A DNA stretch of 64,000 nucleotides from Tubulanus polymorphus (lineage: Eukaryota > Animalia > Nemertea): positions 11,036,001 to 11,100,000 of the forward strand of contig NC_134025.1 of NCBI RefSeq assembly GCF_964204645.1, in the 5' to 3' direction. The translations under genes and the position numbers were made by a program. How positions within the stretch are numbered: position 1 is the first letter of the stretch; each line of letters starts with the position of its first letter. Below the pieces are notes generated by a model that was given only the letters and a program-made list of their open reading frames with translations, was not told where the DNA came from and made no database searches. Shown piece after piece: positions 1 through 11,469 of this stretch.

Positions 1-23
1 CTATCACTGATCAACTGTAAGAT

Positions 24-142
24 CCTCAGTAACATCTTTCATAATATACATTATTTCTGTACGCATCAAACCAATCAAATCGGTATTTCTCGTTATAAAA
101 ATAGTAACAAATACTGAAAATCAGGAACAGTTGGCAGCTCTG
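24..142. mobile_element. Dispersed repeat family B (MITE-like), partial copy
   Basis: CCTCAGTAACATCTTTCATA...TCTGTACGCATCAAA...GTAACAAATACTGAAAATCAGGAACAGTTGGCAGCTCTG recurs at about 39997-40105 and 42604-42740. Confidence 0.8.
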
Positions 143-445
143 AACAAAGAAAGATCCTCGATCCTCTCCGAAAAAATGGAAAACCAACAAGAACAACAAC
201 AACAGTGACAAAGAAGTTAAATTCAGTTTTTACAGTTTTAATTACTTGACTGACGTGTACTAGGTACAATATACAAATAACATTGTATTCACGGGCATAA
301 ATACATCAACGAAGCTAAAAGGTTTTCGCAGTACATCAAATGTACAAATTCTTTTTTATATCATTAATATCATGAAATAAATAATCATAGATTTATAAGG
401 GATAGGGGTATAGAAGAGTTCGATATTTGGTGAATGGATTAATTC

Positions 446-451
446 TTTATT
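446..451 (-). promoter_or_regulatory. Candidate distal polyadenylation signal AATAAA
   Basis: The minus strand reads TTGTA-(A)n-AATAAA, i.e. a UGUA (CFIm) element just upstream of the hexamer. An alternative ATTAAA lies at about 237-242. Confidence 0.35.
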
Positions 452-636
452 TTTTTTTACAATATAACCATAATAAAGTAGCCACACTTGACGGAATGCG
501 TTTTTAATTTAAATCGGGGGACGATATTTTCGAGAAATTCGATGACAAATGCCGAGGATATCATTGGAACTATATGCGTTTGTCTTTTCAGCCATTGTCA
601 AATTGTAGTAGTTAGTCATTCTAAAGGCTTACGCAT

Positions 637-850
637 ACGGCAGACCTCTCGCTTAATCCGGATCATTTAAGACCGATGATGTTAATCCAGGGGTCCAGTT
701 CCACAGTTCCGAGTTAAGATCTAACTCTTGAGTTAACTCATCGAAAATGAACCGACCTTAACTCACAGAATTATCTGTAACTCACAACTCTGGAACTGGG
801 TCCAGATTACATCAAGATTCAACTGATCCGTACGAAACAGGGTCTGCCGT
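637..850. mobile_element. Palindromic (MITE-like) element with a second MITE nested at its centre
   Basis: Termini ACGGCAGACC (637-646) and GGTCTGCCGT (841-850) are perfect inverted repeats; inner arms CGGATCA/TGATCCG and TGATGTTAATC/GATTACATCA also pair. Confidence 0.6.
688..805. mobile_element. MITE family A copy 1 (~115 bp)
   Basis: Terminal inverted repeats GGTCCAGTTCCACAGTT / AACTCTGGAACTGGGTCC; similar along its full length to 43894-44007. Confidence 0.8.
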
Positions 851-2272
851 CGAAGAATATACTAGGCTATTATCATTATAGTTATTATGATTATTTTTAT
901 TATGATATACGCACTAAAAAAGATTCGTCTTTTTTTGTTTTAAATCTAAAAGTGATGACATCGGATTTCCGATTCACGATTCGAAGGAAAATAATACACG
1001 ATTATATTTTTTTTAACTATTGAATGACGGTACATTACCCATTCCCATTACATACATTTTACACGACCATCTCCCTGATATCTTGAATCAAAATTATGTT
1101 TAATCGTTTGTACAATCAATAATCGTCGAATTAAAAATATCACTGTATATCCGTAGTACAACAAACAATCCGTATCTCTGAATGTGGAAAAAATTAGATT
1201 TGCTACAAAAAAAAAAAATTACAATATTGCTACATTAAATAAAGTATGTATTCATCGAGATGTCACGTACAATCTATATATGCTTACGTTCGAATTATTT
1301 TGCTGCTGTGAAAAGGATAGTCGTTAGTAATGATACCTCGGGTAAGTTGTCGGGCCGGGTTTCCCCGGAAAAGATAAATCGACATCATCGGTCGCAGTTG
1401 CTCTTATTTTCTTCGATAACGACAGCCTCAACTATTCTAAGAATGAACCTTTCCCCAAACTGGGCCTCGCGAGCGAAACCTCATTTCGTCATAACCGGCC
1501 TATATAGTATGTTAACCCGAGTTGTAGTTATAGTTTATTCACGACACGTAAAAGCACCTGAGAAAATCCTCTTTTTTTCCCGATCATTTCATAAAAATTT
1601 CACGACTTTTCCGCCTGAAAAGTATGTAATTTTTCGATATCTTATCTCATAAACATCTAGAAACTAATAATATCATTATTTGAATTACTCCTTAAATTAC
1701 CGTTTTTGATCACTTGAACGCTTATTTTTTCTTAGAATTTCCTCAATGCATCTCTTTTTTATATTTTGATCGATGCCGCCAACATTAACAAGCCCTTAGA
1801 TAGATAGATAGATAGATATTGTGCTGCTCCTTATCACAATATTTTTTTTCAGTATTTTTCAATCCGTTCAAAAATCGATCCTACACTGGTTTCGTTATAA
1901 TATCGGGATCCGAGGGCGCTGCGCTGATGTGTACGCGCGTGTGCCCTGAAAATACCTGTAGTGCCATTTTCTAAAGTAGTACTAATAAAAGAACGAAATT
2001 ACTGAAAAACCCTAAAACGCGATCACCGTCATTCTCTTTTCTCAATGTCTACGTATTTTCATAACCATAAAACTCTAAAATAAAAATAATCAATGATTGT
2101 TTGTCTTTTCATAGAAAAATTACTAAACTCTTTGAAAGACCAACATGTACATGTATTTACATGTATACATATATACATATGTATAGCTATAAAGTGTCTG
2201 TGTGAGTTCGAGACTGTGTGCACTCCGCCTTAGTTATTTATATTTTAAATATATTCATCAATATTTGTAAAT

Positions 2273-2282
2273 TATTATCATT

Positions 2283-2314
<32 letters not shown>
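2273..2314. repeat. (ATC)n microsatellite
   Basis: Directly visible. Confidence 0.9.
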
Positions 2315-3922
2315 TACATAGCTGATAAAAACACCGAGCATCTTTTTTTTGCGATATAGTGTGTATGAAAACTCCTCAAAGATGTAGATTGGACAGAATA
2401 AAATGCCTTTCATATATTATCTGTATTTTAAACGTTAACTCTCTCCAACTATTAAATTCTCCGCGCAGTGATATTTTCTTTAAATAGATATAGACTCTAT
2501 CAATAAAATTTTTCGCCTGGTCGTTGTTCGAATAAATGGATATACATTTTTTTCCCCGAATAGAATTTTCTTTCTTTTTTCGAGTAAAAACATCCTGTCC
2601 CGTGCAGTTCGACCTGCTCGCCCTGATTAGATCGTCGAAAACCGCATTGAATAGTATAATAGTATAGTAACGAACGTGTAACAGAAAATTAGACTTCAAA
2701 AAAAAGAAATTATCGTACAAATCTTTTTCATTTGAGCATTTACTCCATCGAGATGTAGTACAGAGTTCACCGTTATTGTGCGCGCGTCGAAGATGCACAC
2801 GCACACATGATGAAATTTCTTAAAAGTGCATATTATGGTATTGAGAAAAAAAAATACTCTACGCCTTCAAATAATCGTAATCGAGAAAAAAATTCCATTA
2901 TTTTACATCATTTCGCGTGATGAGAGGTACAAAACCACCCCTTATAATAATTATTACATACATTTAAAAAATACCTGCAGTCAGGCTGTGAGACAAGGGT
3001 TCCTAAAATTTCACGTACAAATTTCTTTTTCCGCGAATGATTTTAATAAAGATCTGACGATACTACCGCGACGACGTCTGCAAAAATCACGCCGTGAAAT
3101 TAATAAGCTTCGCTAGACACCGAAATGCTGAAAATTTTCAGCGCGAGTATTCCCTCTTATTCCTGGGAGTGTTGCTATCGATATCGCGCAACGATATCGT
3201 AAACTTTCAAAATCGAGACATGCGACGTGATAGAATATGCAAGCAGAAAAAATACGTAATAGCACAGAGGTCGATGTGGGGTTCAGAAACATTTTACCGG
3301 TGATCTTATTTTTAGCAAGCAAATTCTCAAGAATTGACATACAGTTTAAGTCCTATATATTACGCCAGTGTTGGGACCAATAGAAAACATAGCTTTATAA
3401 AGAATGGTATATCTGTTGAATTTGAGTTAGATTTGGCAAATTTTGTATCTGAAAAAATATTGGCGCTTAGTGAACAGTGGCATTAAAAAGGATGGTGGTG
3501 TTATTTAACAGACTTTGACTGTAGTTGCATATTGAGCAAAATGGCAAAACTGTGACACTTCTAAGTTCAAAATCAGGCACGGGTTTCACGAACTTGGTAT
3601 AAATGGTTCGGGTGCATAAACCTAGGTAATAACTATCATATAACTACGGCGATAACTGAGAAAACATCTAAATGTTTCCAGGACCAAGTTTTACGAAAAA
3701 AAGGTAAACTTTGTTAAGCTAATTAGTTATGTCATGTTCTCGATAGGATCGATCTAAATTGTGTATCTAGTTTTAACTACACCATCAAACTGGACATAGG
3801 AGGGTAAATTAACTACCTCACACGCACCTATGAAACTAGGCCGGAGTCTAGATGAAAAATCTATATTAAGAAAAAAAAAAATACCGGAAGCCTTATTTTC
3901 TAGGGAAAAGATGTATACATTT

Positions 3923-3930
3923 TATGGCAC
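3923..3930 (-). promoter_or_regulatory. miR-183/miR-263-type 8mer seed site (GTGCCATA on the mRNA)
   Basis: Plus strand TATGGCAC; the mRNA strand is complementary to seed AUGGCAC with A opposite position 1. Confidence 0.5.
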
Positions 3931-3974
3931 GTGTAGAATTCAATTAATCATTTTTATCGTGTTATATTTAGTAA

Positions 3975-3982
3975 TATGGCAC
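3975..3982 (-). promoter_or_regulatory. miR-183/miR-263-type 8mer seed site
   Basis: Second TATGGCAC, 52 nt from the first; a 6mer ATGGCA follows at about 4005. Confidence 0.5.
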
Positions 3983-5040
3983 ATAACGGTTACGTGTAAA
4001 TTTCATGGCATACTTTTTTTTTCGATTATTCATTAAAAAATAAAAAAAAACAAAAAAACAATCAATCGATCACGATCGTAATCGTGCCCCGTTTATAATT
4101 ACAGAAATTGTCACGAAATGACGAACGCGCAAAAAATATATTGCTTTTTACAAAATAGGAGAAAAAGAACCCAACGAACGAGAGAATATCGAACGAATAA
4201 GACCGAACACTCCAAAAGCGAAATCGAGATTATTAAAATAAAAAGTTTTCAATTCGAATTTCTCAAAACCGAAGCACACGGGTGATAATTAGTTCTGTTT
4301 TATGTATATATATAGTGAGACAGTTGCTTAAATTTTTGCTTAAATCGTTGCGCACGCGTGTGTAGGGAGTAGAGCATAAAACTGTATCGTGCACATTTTC
4401 AATCATCATCGCATCACGAATATATATCATATTCGAGAGAAAAAAAGACCTGATTTTCGCGATAACGACGACAAAAACTTCGTCATTTTTAGTAACGCGT
4501 CGCGCATTATGTACATATGATATACGATGATTTTCTGTGATGCTAATAAACAAAACAAACGAGGCAATTGAAGATATAAAACTCTACATATATATATATA
4601 TATATACCACACAATCAGTTTTTTGAAATACTACACACATGTCCGCCGCGCTTCGAGAAGCCGACTTTAATGTCCAGGTTTAACGACGATAACTGTAAAT
4701 ATCATAGCATCATCGTCGCTGCGATTAATTAATTACAATTAATAATCGTCATCAATATTATAATTACCATCGTAATTAATTCTATGAACGCTAACTACTA
4801 TTTATAAATAACACACTCATCGTGCGCCGAGCGACGCGCACTCAGGCATCGCTCGGCGCGTACGAGAGAGAGAGACAGAGAAAATAGAACTTTATCTTTT
4901 TTATTTTTACGAATAAATGAGTTTCTTCGATGAACGAGAATGATATCGGATGAATGAATAGTGCTAACTCCTTAATGATTAAATGTCGGTAAATGTATCA
5001 TGCTGATAGGTAAGTATACGGTTATTACTATATATATTTT

Positions 5041-5048
5041 ATACATAC

Positions 5049-5102
<54 letters not shown>
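5041..5102. repeat. (ATAC)n-(AT)n microsatellite
   Basis: Directly visible. Confidence 0.95.
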
Positions 5103-5105
<3 letters not shown>

Positions 5106-5856
5106 TTCTATTAATTTTCTAATTTCTAATAGCATCCACTGCTATCGGTGTCGAAAGATTGCAACGCGCCAAGACCCACAAGGCATTTTTATTAAGCTCC
5201 AACTTCGATATAGTACGCGTATCACAGATGCCTCAATAGCATGTGTGTGCTTGACCGTTCAACCGTTTTGCGGGGCGATTTTTTCGGGCTCCCGGCGGGA
5301 GGGGGGACCCGGATTCGCTCGCAAACAACGTGCAACGATTCCCTTACGTCGACGATTTGCGCCGAATTTCCCCGGTCCCCGAACCTCGCAGACCCTATCT
5401 TTATTGTAATATCATAAGCGCATAAGCCCGCTTATTATTTCTAGTATTTCAGTTTCGAAACATACTACGAATTACGGCTCCCATAAACTGTTAAACCTTA
5501 ACATTACTTCAAATGTATTATTCCATCGGTTTCTATCTTGTCGAAGATATTTCACGCAAAATTGCATCGATTACTAACCGAAAACACCGTTTATAACTCA
5601 TGCACATCATTACCCTAAACTGTATGTAAAGCGTATCGCTCAATTCGGTTCTAACTTTTCAAGTGTCGAACAGCAATCAAATTCAGCGACAAAGCAAATC
5701 CGAATAACCAATATACACATAATAATAATAATAATAATAATACATCATTATCATTGTCAGGTCGCTAAACCAAAACGTTTTTTTCCCGTATCAATCTATA
5801 AAAAAGTGACGACAAACAAAATAAGCTGCCAAATATTATTTTGCGTCAATATACCG

Positions 5857-5864
5857 TATGGCAC
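5857..5864 (-). promoter_or_regulatory. miR-183/miR-263-type 8mer seed site
   Basis: Third TATGGCAC, about 380 nt downstream of the stop codon. Confidence 0.5.
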
Positions 5865-6244
5865 CCTTAAGGACCCGAGCACGCTGGAATTGAGACAGGC
5901 GTTCCGACTTACCCGGGTATAATATCTGGCTTCCCGCCTCGATAAATCGCGACTGCGCAAATGGTGGTAACGCGCAGTTTCAAAACCCTGCGATTCGATA
6001 CTTCGATAGTCGCACTTTTACAGACTGGTCAATAGAAATACCAGCCATAGAATGCCCGAATACATTTGCTTAGCTAATCAGGAATTGGTAATGGTAAGAA
6101 CCATTAAGAAAGCAATGCGAAATTGAAGGTCGATTTCGTGATAAGACATAAATTATGAAACTTAGATGTCAACATTTATCGATTTTACCACCATTCCATC
6201 AGCTTAATCAGGGGTTTACATTTAAGTCCTATGCATGTATGAAA

Positions 6245-8655
6245 TCAAACTGAATTCGACAGCAATGAGCTTTTCAAAGACAACGAATCGGGGTTATTCA
6301 TACCCATCGACAGGGAATCGGCCGTGGCCATCGACAACGATTCGGTTTTCGCGATCGACAACGAATCGTGCTTACTAAAACTAAGCATGTCGGGCCTCAT
6401 CATGTCAGGACTGAGCATGTCGCGTCGCGACATGTGCATAGCGTCCAACCGACCGGAATCCAACATCGTCGAATCTGGCCGACCAAACGCCTCGGCCATG
6501 TCGGAACGACCCGAGTCGGGCACGTTCGACGAATTCACCGAATCGGCGCCGGTCGAGTTGACCGAATCCGGCCGACTCATCATCGAATCCGAATGGTGCG
6601 AGTCGATCGACCGGTTCATTTCGGTGTTCGCCGACATCGTATCGGGAATGGCGACGTGCGCGTTGCCGAGCGCCGGTTCGGCGTGCTCGGACGCGAGGAT
6701 CTTCAGCGCCTGACTTTCGACGCATTTTCGCATGTGCTTTTCCAGCGTGCTCGGTACCGAGAATGGCATGTTACAGAACTTGCAACGGTAAACGTCTTTA
6801 CCGAGACGACCGTGCGTTTTCATATGTCTGGTTAGTTTACTGGATTGGGCGCAGGCGTAGCTACAAAGTCCGCACTTGTACGGCTTTTCGCCGGTGTGTG
6901 AACGCCTGTGCACCGTCAGATTGCTGCAGTTTTTAAAGATCTTACCACAATATTCGCACGTGTCGTTGCGCCGGTTCTCTTTCGTGCGTGTTACACCTTG
7001 CTGCGGGCTCGACGTCGTGGAACTGCTGCTGCTCGACGTTTTCATGCTTACGTCCAGCGCCAGCGCGCCATTCTGGTGAATCATGTCGAGCGACGGCCGC
7101 GGCGCCCCTAAGAACAAATCGTGCGACGCTGCGCTCGGGGGAAACCATATATGCGAGTACATCGCCTCGCCCATGTTCATCACGTTGTCCGATATCGGTT
7201 CGTGTTTCACGCGGTTCACGAATTCGTGCGGATACTCGAAACGCGGCGAACCGTTGAGAAGCGTGCTCGTAACTTTGGCGTCGGCGGTTTCCGGCGCTTT
7301 CTCGGCGGATGTCGGGCCGTTCTCCATTTTTATCCCGGGCATGCCTTTGCTTTCGTTGTGCAACGAGTTCTCGGCCAGGGCTTGCTGAAAGGCCTCACTG
7401 TATTGTTGGATGCTGTTTAGTCCGGTGCGTTCCATGACCTCGGACAGCAACGTTTGTCGCTTTTTCAGCGACGTCGTGTAATCGGAATCGTGGTGGTGGT
7501 TCGCGTATTCGTCGCAGAGGCTCACGATGTGGTGGTGTTGTTTACGACTGGAGAGATCGGTCGGCTCTTCGTTTTGATTCACGTCGAAGTTGTCGACTTC
7601 CATTTCCTTCTCGTCTTCGTCGACGTCGTCGTCCGAGTCGTCTTCGCCGTCGTGTTCGACGCTGTCGTCGTTTTTCGAGTTCAGCCGATTCGAATCCGGC
7701 GTGCTGCTGGTCGACGCAAGGCTGCCGTCCGATAGTGTGCTCGAGCCGTGCGAAATCGCCGAGAACGGCGACTTGTTCATGTGTGTTTTCATGTGGCGTT
7801 TGAGCTTGCTCGCCTGAGTACAAGCGTGCGGACACAACGAACATTTAAACGGTTTCTCGCCCGTGTGCGAACGTCGGTGAACGATTAGATTGCTTTGGAA
7901 ACGGAAACACTTTCCGCAGAATTCGCACGCTTTGAGCTTCGGCGTTCCGTTTTTCGATGTGTCGACGTCGCCGCCGCCGGCCTGCGTAGGTGTCGTCGGC
8001 GCCGAGCTGCTGTTCGGAGCGTAATTCGTCATCTGTTTACGTCCCGGCGATTCGGCACTATGCGACGGACTGACCGCCGGTCCGGGCATACCGTTCGTAC
8101 CGGCGAGTCGGCGTAGGCGTTGCGAGTAGAAATCCAACGACGGTTCGATGCCGATGCCGAGTGGACGTGGACGGTCGAACGGTGAATGAAACGCGCCGGT
8201 CGGCGGCTCGAGCTGCGGCGGAAAGCCGATGCCGCCACTCATGCGGTGAAACGGATCGTGCAGTAGCTCGACGCGAAAATCTGGCCCAGGCGGACGGTTG
8301 AACGGACCATGATTCATAGATGATAGAGGCTGCCTTTCTCCGAGCGGCATTCTGAACAAGAACGGATGCGGCGGATGTGCGACATTCTCGACGCTTGTTG
8401 CGAATAGTTGACTCGGTTTGTCGTGAGATGGTGATGGTTTGGTTGGCGGTATCGACGTCGTCGTCGTGCTGGCGGTCGTGCAGCTGCTACGCCGCGTCAA
8501 CTTGGGCATGAATGATGACGTCGAAGACGTGGTCGTAGACGTCGGCGAGTTGTCGGCATAGATCTTCATTCCATGCGCGTTCTGTACGTGTTGTACTAAG
8601 CTCCAGGCCGAGTCCAAAGTGTCTTTACACGTGAGACAGATGAAGTTACACGGTT
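6245..8655 (-). CDS. BCL11: BCL11A/B-like (CTIP/Chronophage family) zinc-finger transcription factor, large terminal coding exon (ZF1, ZF2-3, ZF4-6, stop)
   Basis: The ORF contains EPCNFICLTCKDTLDSAWSLVQHVQNAHGMKIY (cf. BCL11A [33 protein letters not shown]), KACEFCGKCFRFQSNLIVHRRSHTGEKPFKCSLCPHACTQASKLKRHMKTH and DTCEYCGKIFKNCSNLTVHRRSHTGEKPYKCGLCSYACAQSSKLTRHMKTH...CKFCNMPFSVPSTLEKHMRKC. These are near-identical to BCL11 fingers. The acceptor ttttttgtattttcag|AA on the minus strand has its AG at 8657-8656 and is phase 1. The ORF portion 8656-8848 is intronic. Confidence 0.96.
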
Positions 8656-10355
8656 CTGAAAATACAAAAAACGACAAAAGCTTTGTTAGTACGGGCGAAA
8701 CGACATTTTCGAGTATCAGCTCGAATATATATATATATATACATAAATCATGAAAGCGCGTACACACTCGTACGGATTGTTCCAGCATTCGATCTCTCTT
8801 GTGAATGATAATGAGAACGTTCACTGTGAATTCATTCTTAAGTGGCAATTTAAAAAGATTATGACTTTATCGATTAGCGTGCGAGTTCGCGCATGCTGAT
8901 CGTATTTTGTATTTCGTTTTCAAATCTCATCTTCATTTGAAACAATGTGCATCTCTTTTCGATCTAAGGCGTTTTTTTTTTCATAGAGAATAATCCATTA
9001 CAGCCGGTTCGTACGCACCATTCAACCCGGTGCTCGCTCCGTATTCACTTTCATGGATTGCCCATTCATAATTACTCGTGCAACCTTTACATACTCAATG
9101 ATTACAAGAACAGTCTTATTGAAGCCCCGCAAGGTTTCGGCAAATTGTATACAACTTCCCAGAAACAATTTCAACAAAAATTGTTCGGGGATGGGGCTAA
9201 TTTTATCTAGCAAACGCCGATCAAATAACCGACGTCCATTAACTAATTACTATGCATCGCTTCGAATGAAAAACTAATCAATTCGTATTTGACAAGTACT
9301 ACAACATTTTAAAAACCTTAAGAGGAATCGGTCAAATTGAAAAGCTATTTTCCTGATTAGCAATCACGCCAAAAGTGCCTGTCCGATTTCAATCACATTT
9401 TTTGAAAGAAATATGGAGTACGTTGCCTACACACTATCGTATCAAATTACGGCCATCACGTAGACATCGGAGCTTCCTTTTTGTAAGAGCGCGAGAAAAA
9501 ATTGTAATCACATTGTGACTACATTTTAGTCATAAAAAGTCTTAAGAATGAGAGAAGGATATGAATTGCGCGCAAGGTTTTAACAGATGATTTTACAGAC
9601 TCATACAGCATCTACGGTACTAGAGGTTAGATTCTTTGTTAAAGAGTTAGTTACAAATTGAAAGTCGAACTAACTCCGAAGTCAACATCAGAAAGGTCTA
9701 GAAATGGTCCGTATTTCTTCAGAAAGGTCGGCGTTATTGTTTCCCGGTATCATTCGCGATCTACTACGGTTTAATGAAATCGGTCCATTTTTCGTACACC
9801 TCTCTCATGCCCGAGAGGGACGAGTAAACATCGCGTCATAAAATGAGCAACGCTGAAGTGGTATCCCGGACAATCAGAGATCCCTGCGTTTCTGTTATGA
9901 AATGAAATCCAAGCTCGAGTAGCGATACTCCGTGAACACTCGACGAACTGTTGGCCCGACGTTCGTAAGTAGCCGACATAATGAACATGTACAAACCGAG
10001 GGACACTTAGCTTGTATTACCACTCCGACGAGATTTGCTAAGGAGCCCCTGTTTTCGATACTTGTTAATAACATATGGCTCGAAATTTATTAATTTCTTG
10101 CAATCGTCGAAAGACAACAAGTCACGAGGACGTATATCAAATAAAAACCATATATCTATATTTATACGCATTCATTTTCGGATCGCAATACCAATTCACT
10201 GATGGTCAGATACATAAAAAGAACTATGAAAGGCAAAGAAGTATCAGTTTTGAAATAATCCTGGTAATGAATGATGGCAGTTCAGTTCGAATCTAGTGAC
10301 ATGAGCGATTTGTGATCTTATACTAATTTCTAACTGAAATATTCATTTCCATATC

Positions 10356-10570
10356 AGGCTAAAATGAAATGCTATATTGTGTCTCCTAATCGGCCAGGTC
10401 ATTTTGTAAACTTCACTAAAATTTGTAATCAGTTCGTTTCTATTAACTGCCGGGTCTATCATGGCTAGCTTGATCAGGATTTTTTAAAAAGTAATGCACA
10501 GGGTAGATAGGTGGTCGGCGGGGTAAACTTTTAACCTGAGCAGAAATGAGAAACAAGGTATCTTATCTTT
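10356..10570. mobile_element. MITE family C copy 1 (~220 bp)
   Basis: Reverse complement of 30523-30742 and 45345-45572; TIR consensus approximately AGGCTAAAATGAAATGATACCTTGTTTCTC. Confidence 0.8.
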
Positions 10571-11469
10571 TTATTTGAGAATCACCGATGCAAGTAGGTC
10601 CAGTTCTACAGCTATGAGTTAGACATGTATAGAGTGTATAGAGTTTATATAATTGAATACGAAATAAATTTGAATCTGAATCTTAAATCGCCAAAAACTA
10701 CAGGTCCTTGAGCAGAACGAAGTTCGCTTTGAAAAAAAAGACCTCGACTTGTAGCTAATAGTAACAGTTACGATTATTCGTTTTGACAAAAGACTATATC
10801 CATATTGTCGCAGCTGATCCTCTGGTCACAATTAATATTGTTAATTACGCGATATTTCAGGCGATGCGGATAACCATCGACTCCGTTCCCTGTCGCCGAA
10901 ACCGGCGAATAAATCAAATCCACGCAAACCCGAAGAAATTTACAGTCGACGAAATTAATCGTAAGCTCACGAAAACGACACGAGGACCGTTGTCGTCGAA
11001 ACAGACGGAGCAACTCGGCTTTCACGGGAACGTTACTTTTCGGATAAGCAAAATAAAGCTAGGCCGCGCGACTAGATCGATAGGACTCGTGAAGTTTCAA
11101 TGGCTTGTCAAGGTCTAAAACCTGCGATATGTATAGCTGTCAGTATTTGTTAATAACGTGATCCGGCGAACCGGCTTCGCGAGGTTTTCGCCCGTATTAG
11201 GTGCAACAGTCGTACATAATGAAAAGATTAACTCTGACACGGCTCGAAAACGATAAACCACCCGGAATTCTCATGGACAGCGGTTTTGTGTCGGGACGAT
11301 TGTTTTCAATGCAGCATCCAGCGTTTATGACAAGTATATTATTGTTGTTTTCGATCCTGATGATTTAAGCACTGGTATGCAGCGACGAAAGTATCAATCG
11401 CGTCCAAACGCTCTCTCCCTTTGCTAAGCTCTTTTCCGATCTTAAAGTGGGAATTGACCTTGTTACCTA

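Larger units (their letters stand above)
430..6244 (-). other. Putative long 3' UTR of the BCL11-like gene (distal end uncertain)
   Basis: Follows the stop codon. The minus strand is U-rich with many UGUA elements, Pumilio-type UGUAHAUA sites and miRNA seed matches. Several AATAAA hexamers (e.g. about 5400, 4900 and 446) are possible ends. Confidence 0.5.

Noticed and set aside
6324-8238. Multiple overlapping plus-strand and alternate-frame ORFs
   Set aside because: Shadow ORFs of the GC-rich BCL11 exon with no independent protein features.
8656-8848. N-terminal 64 aa of the 867-aa ORF (MPLKNEF...FFVFS)
   Set aside because: Intronic read-through: it includes an (AT)n tract and the polypyrimidine/AG acceptor, and BCL11 similarity starts at EPCNF.
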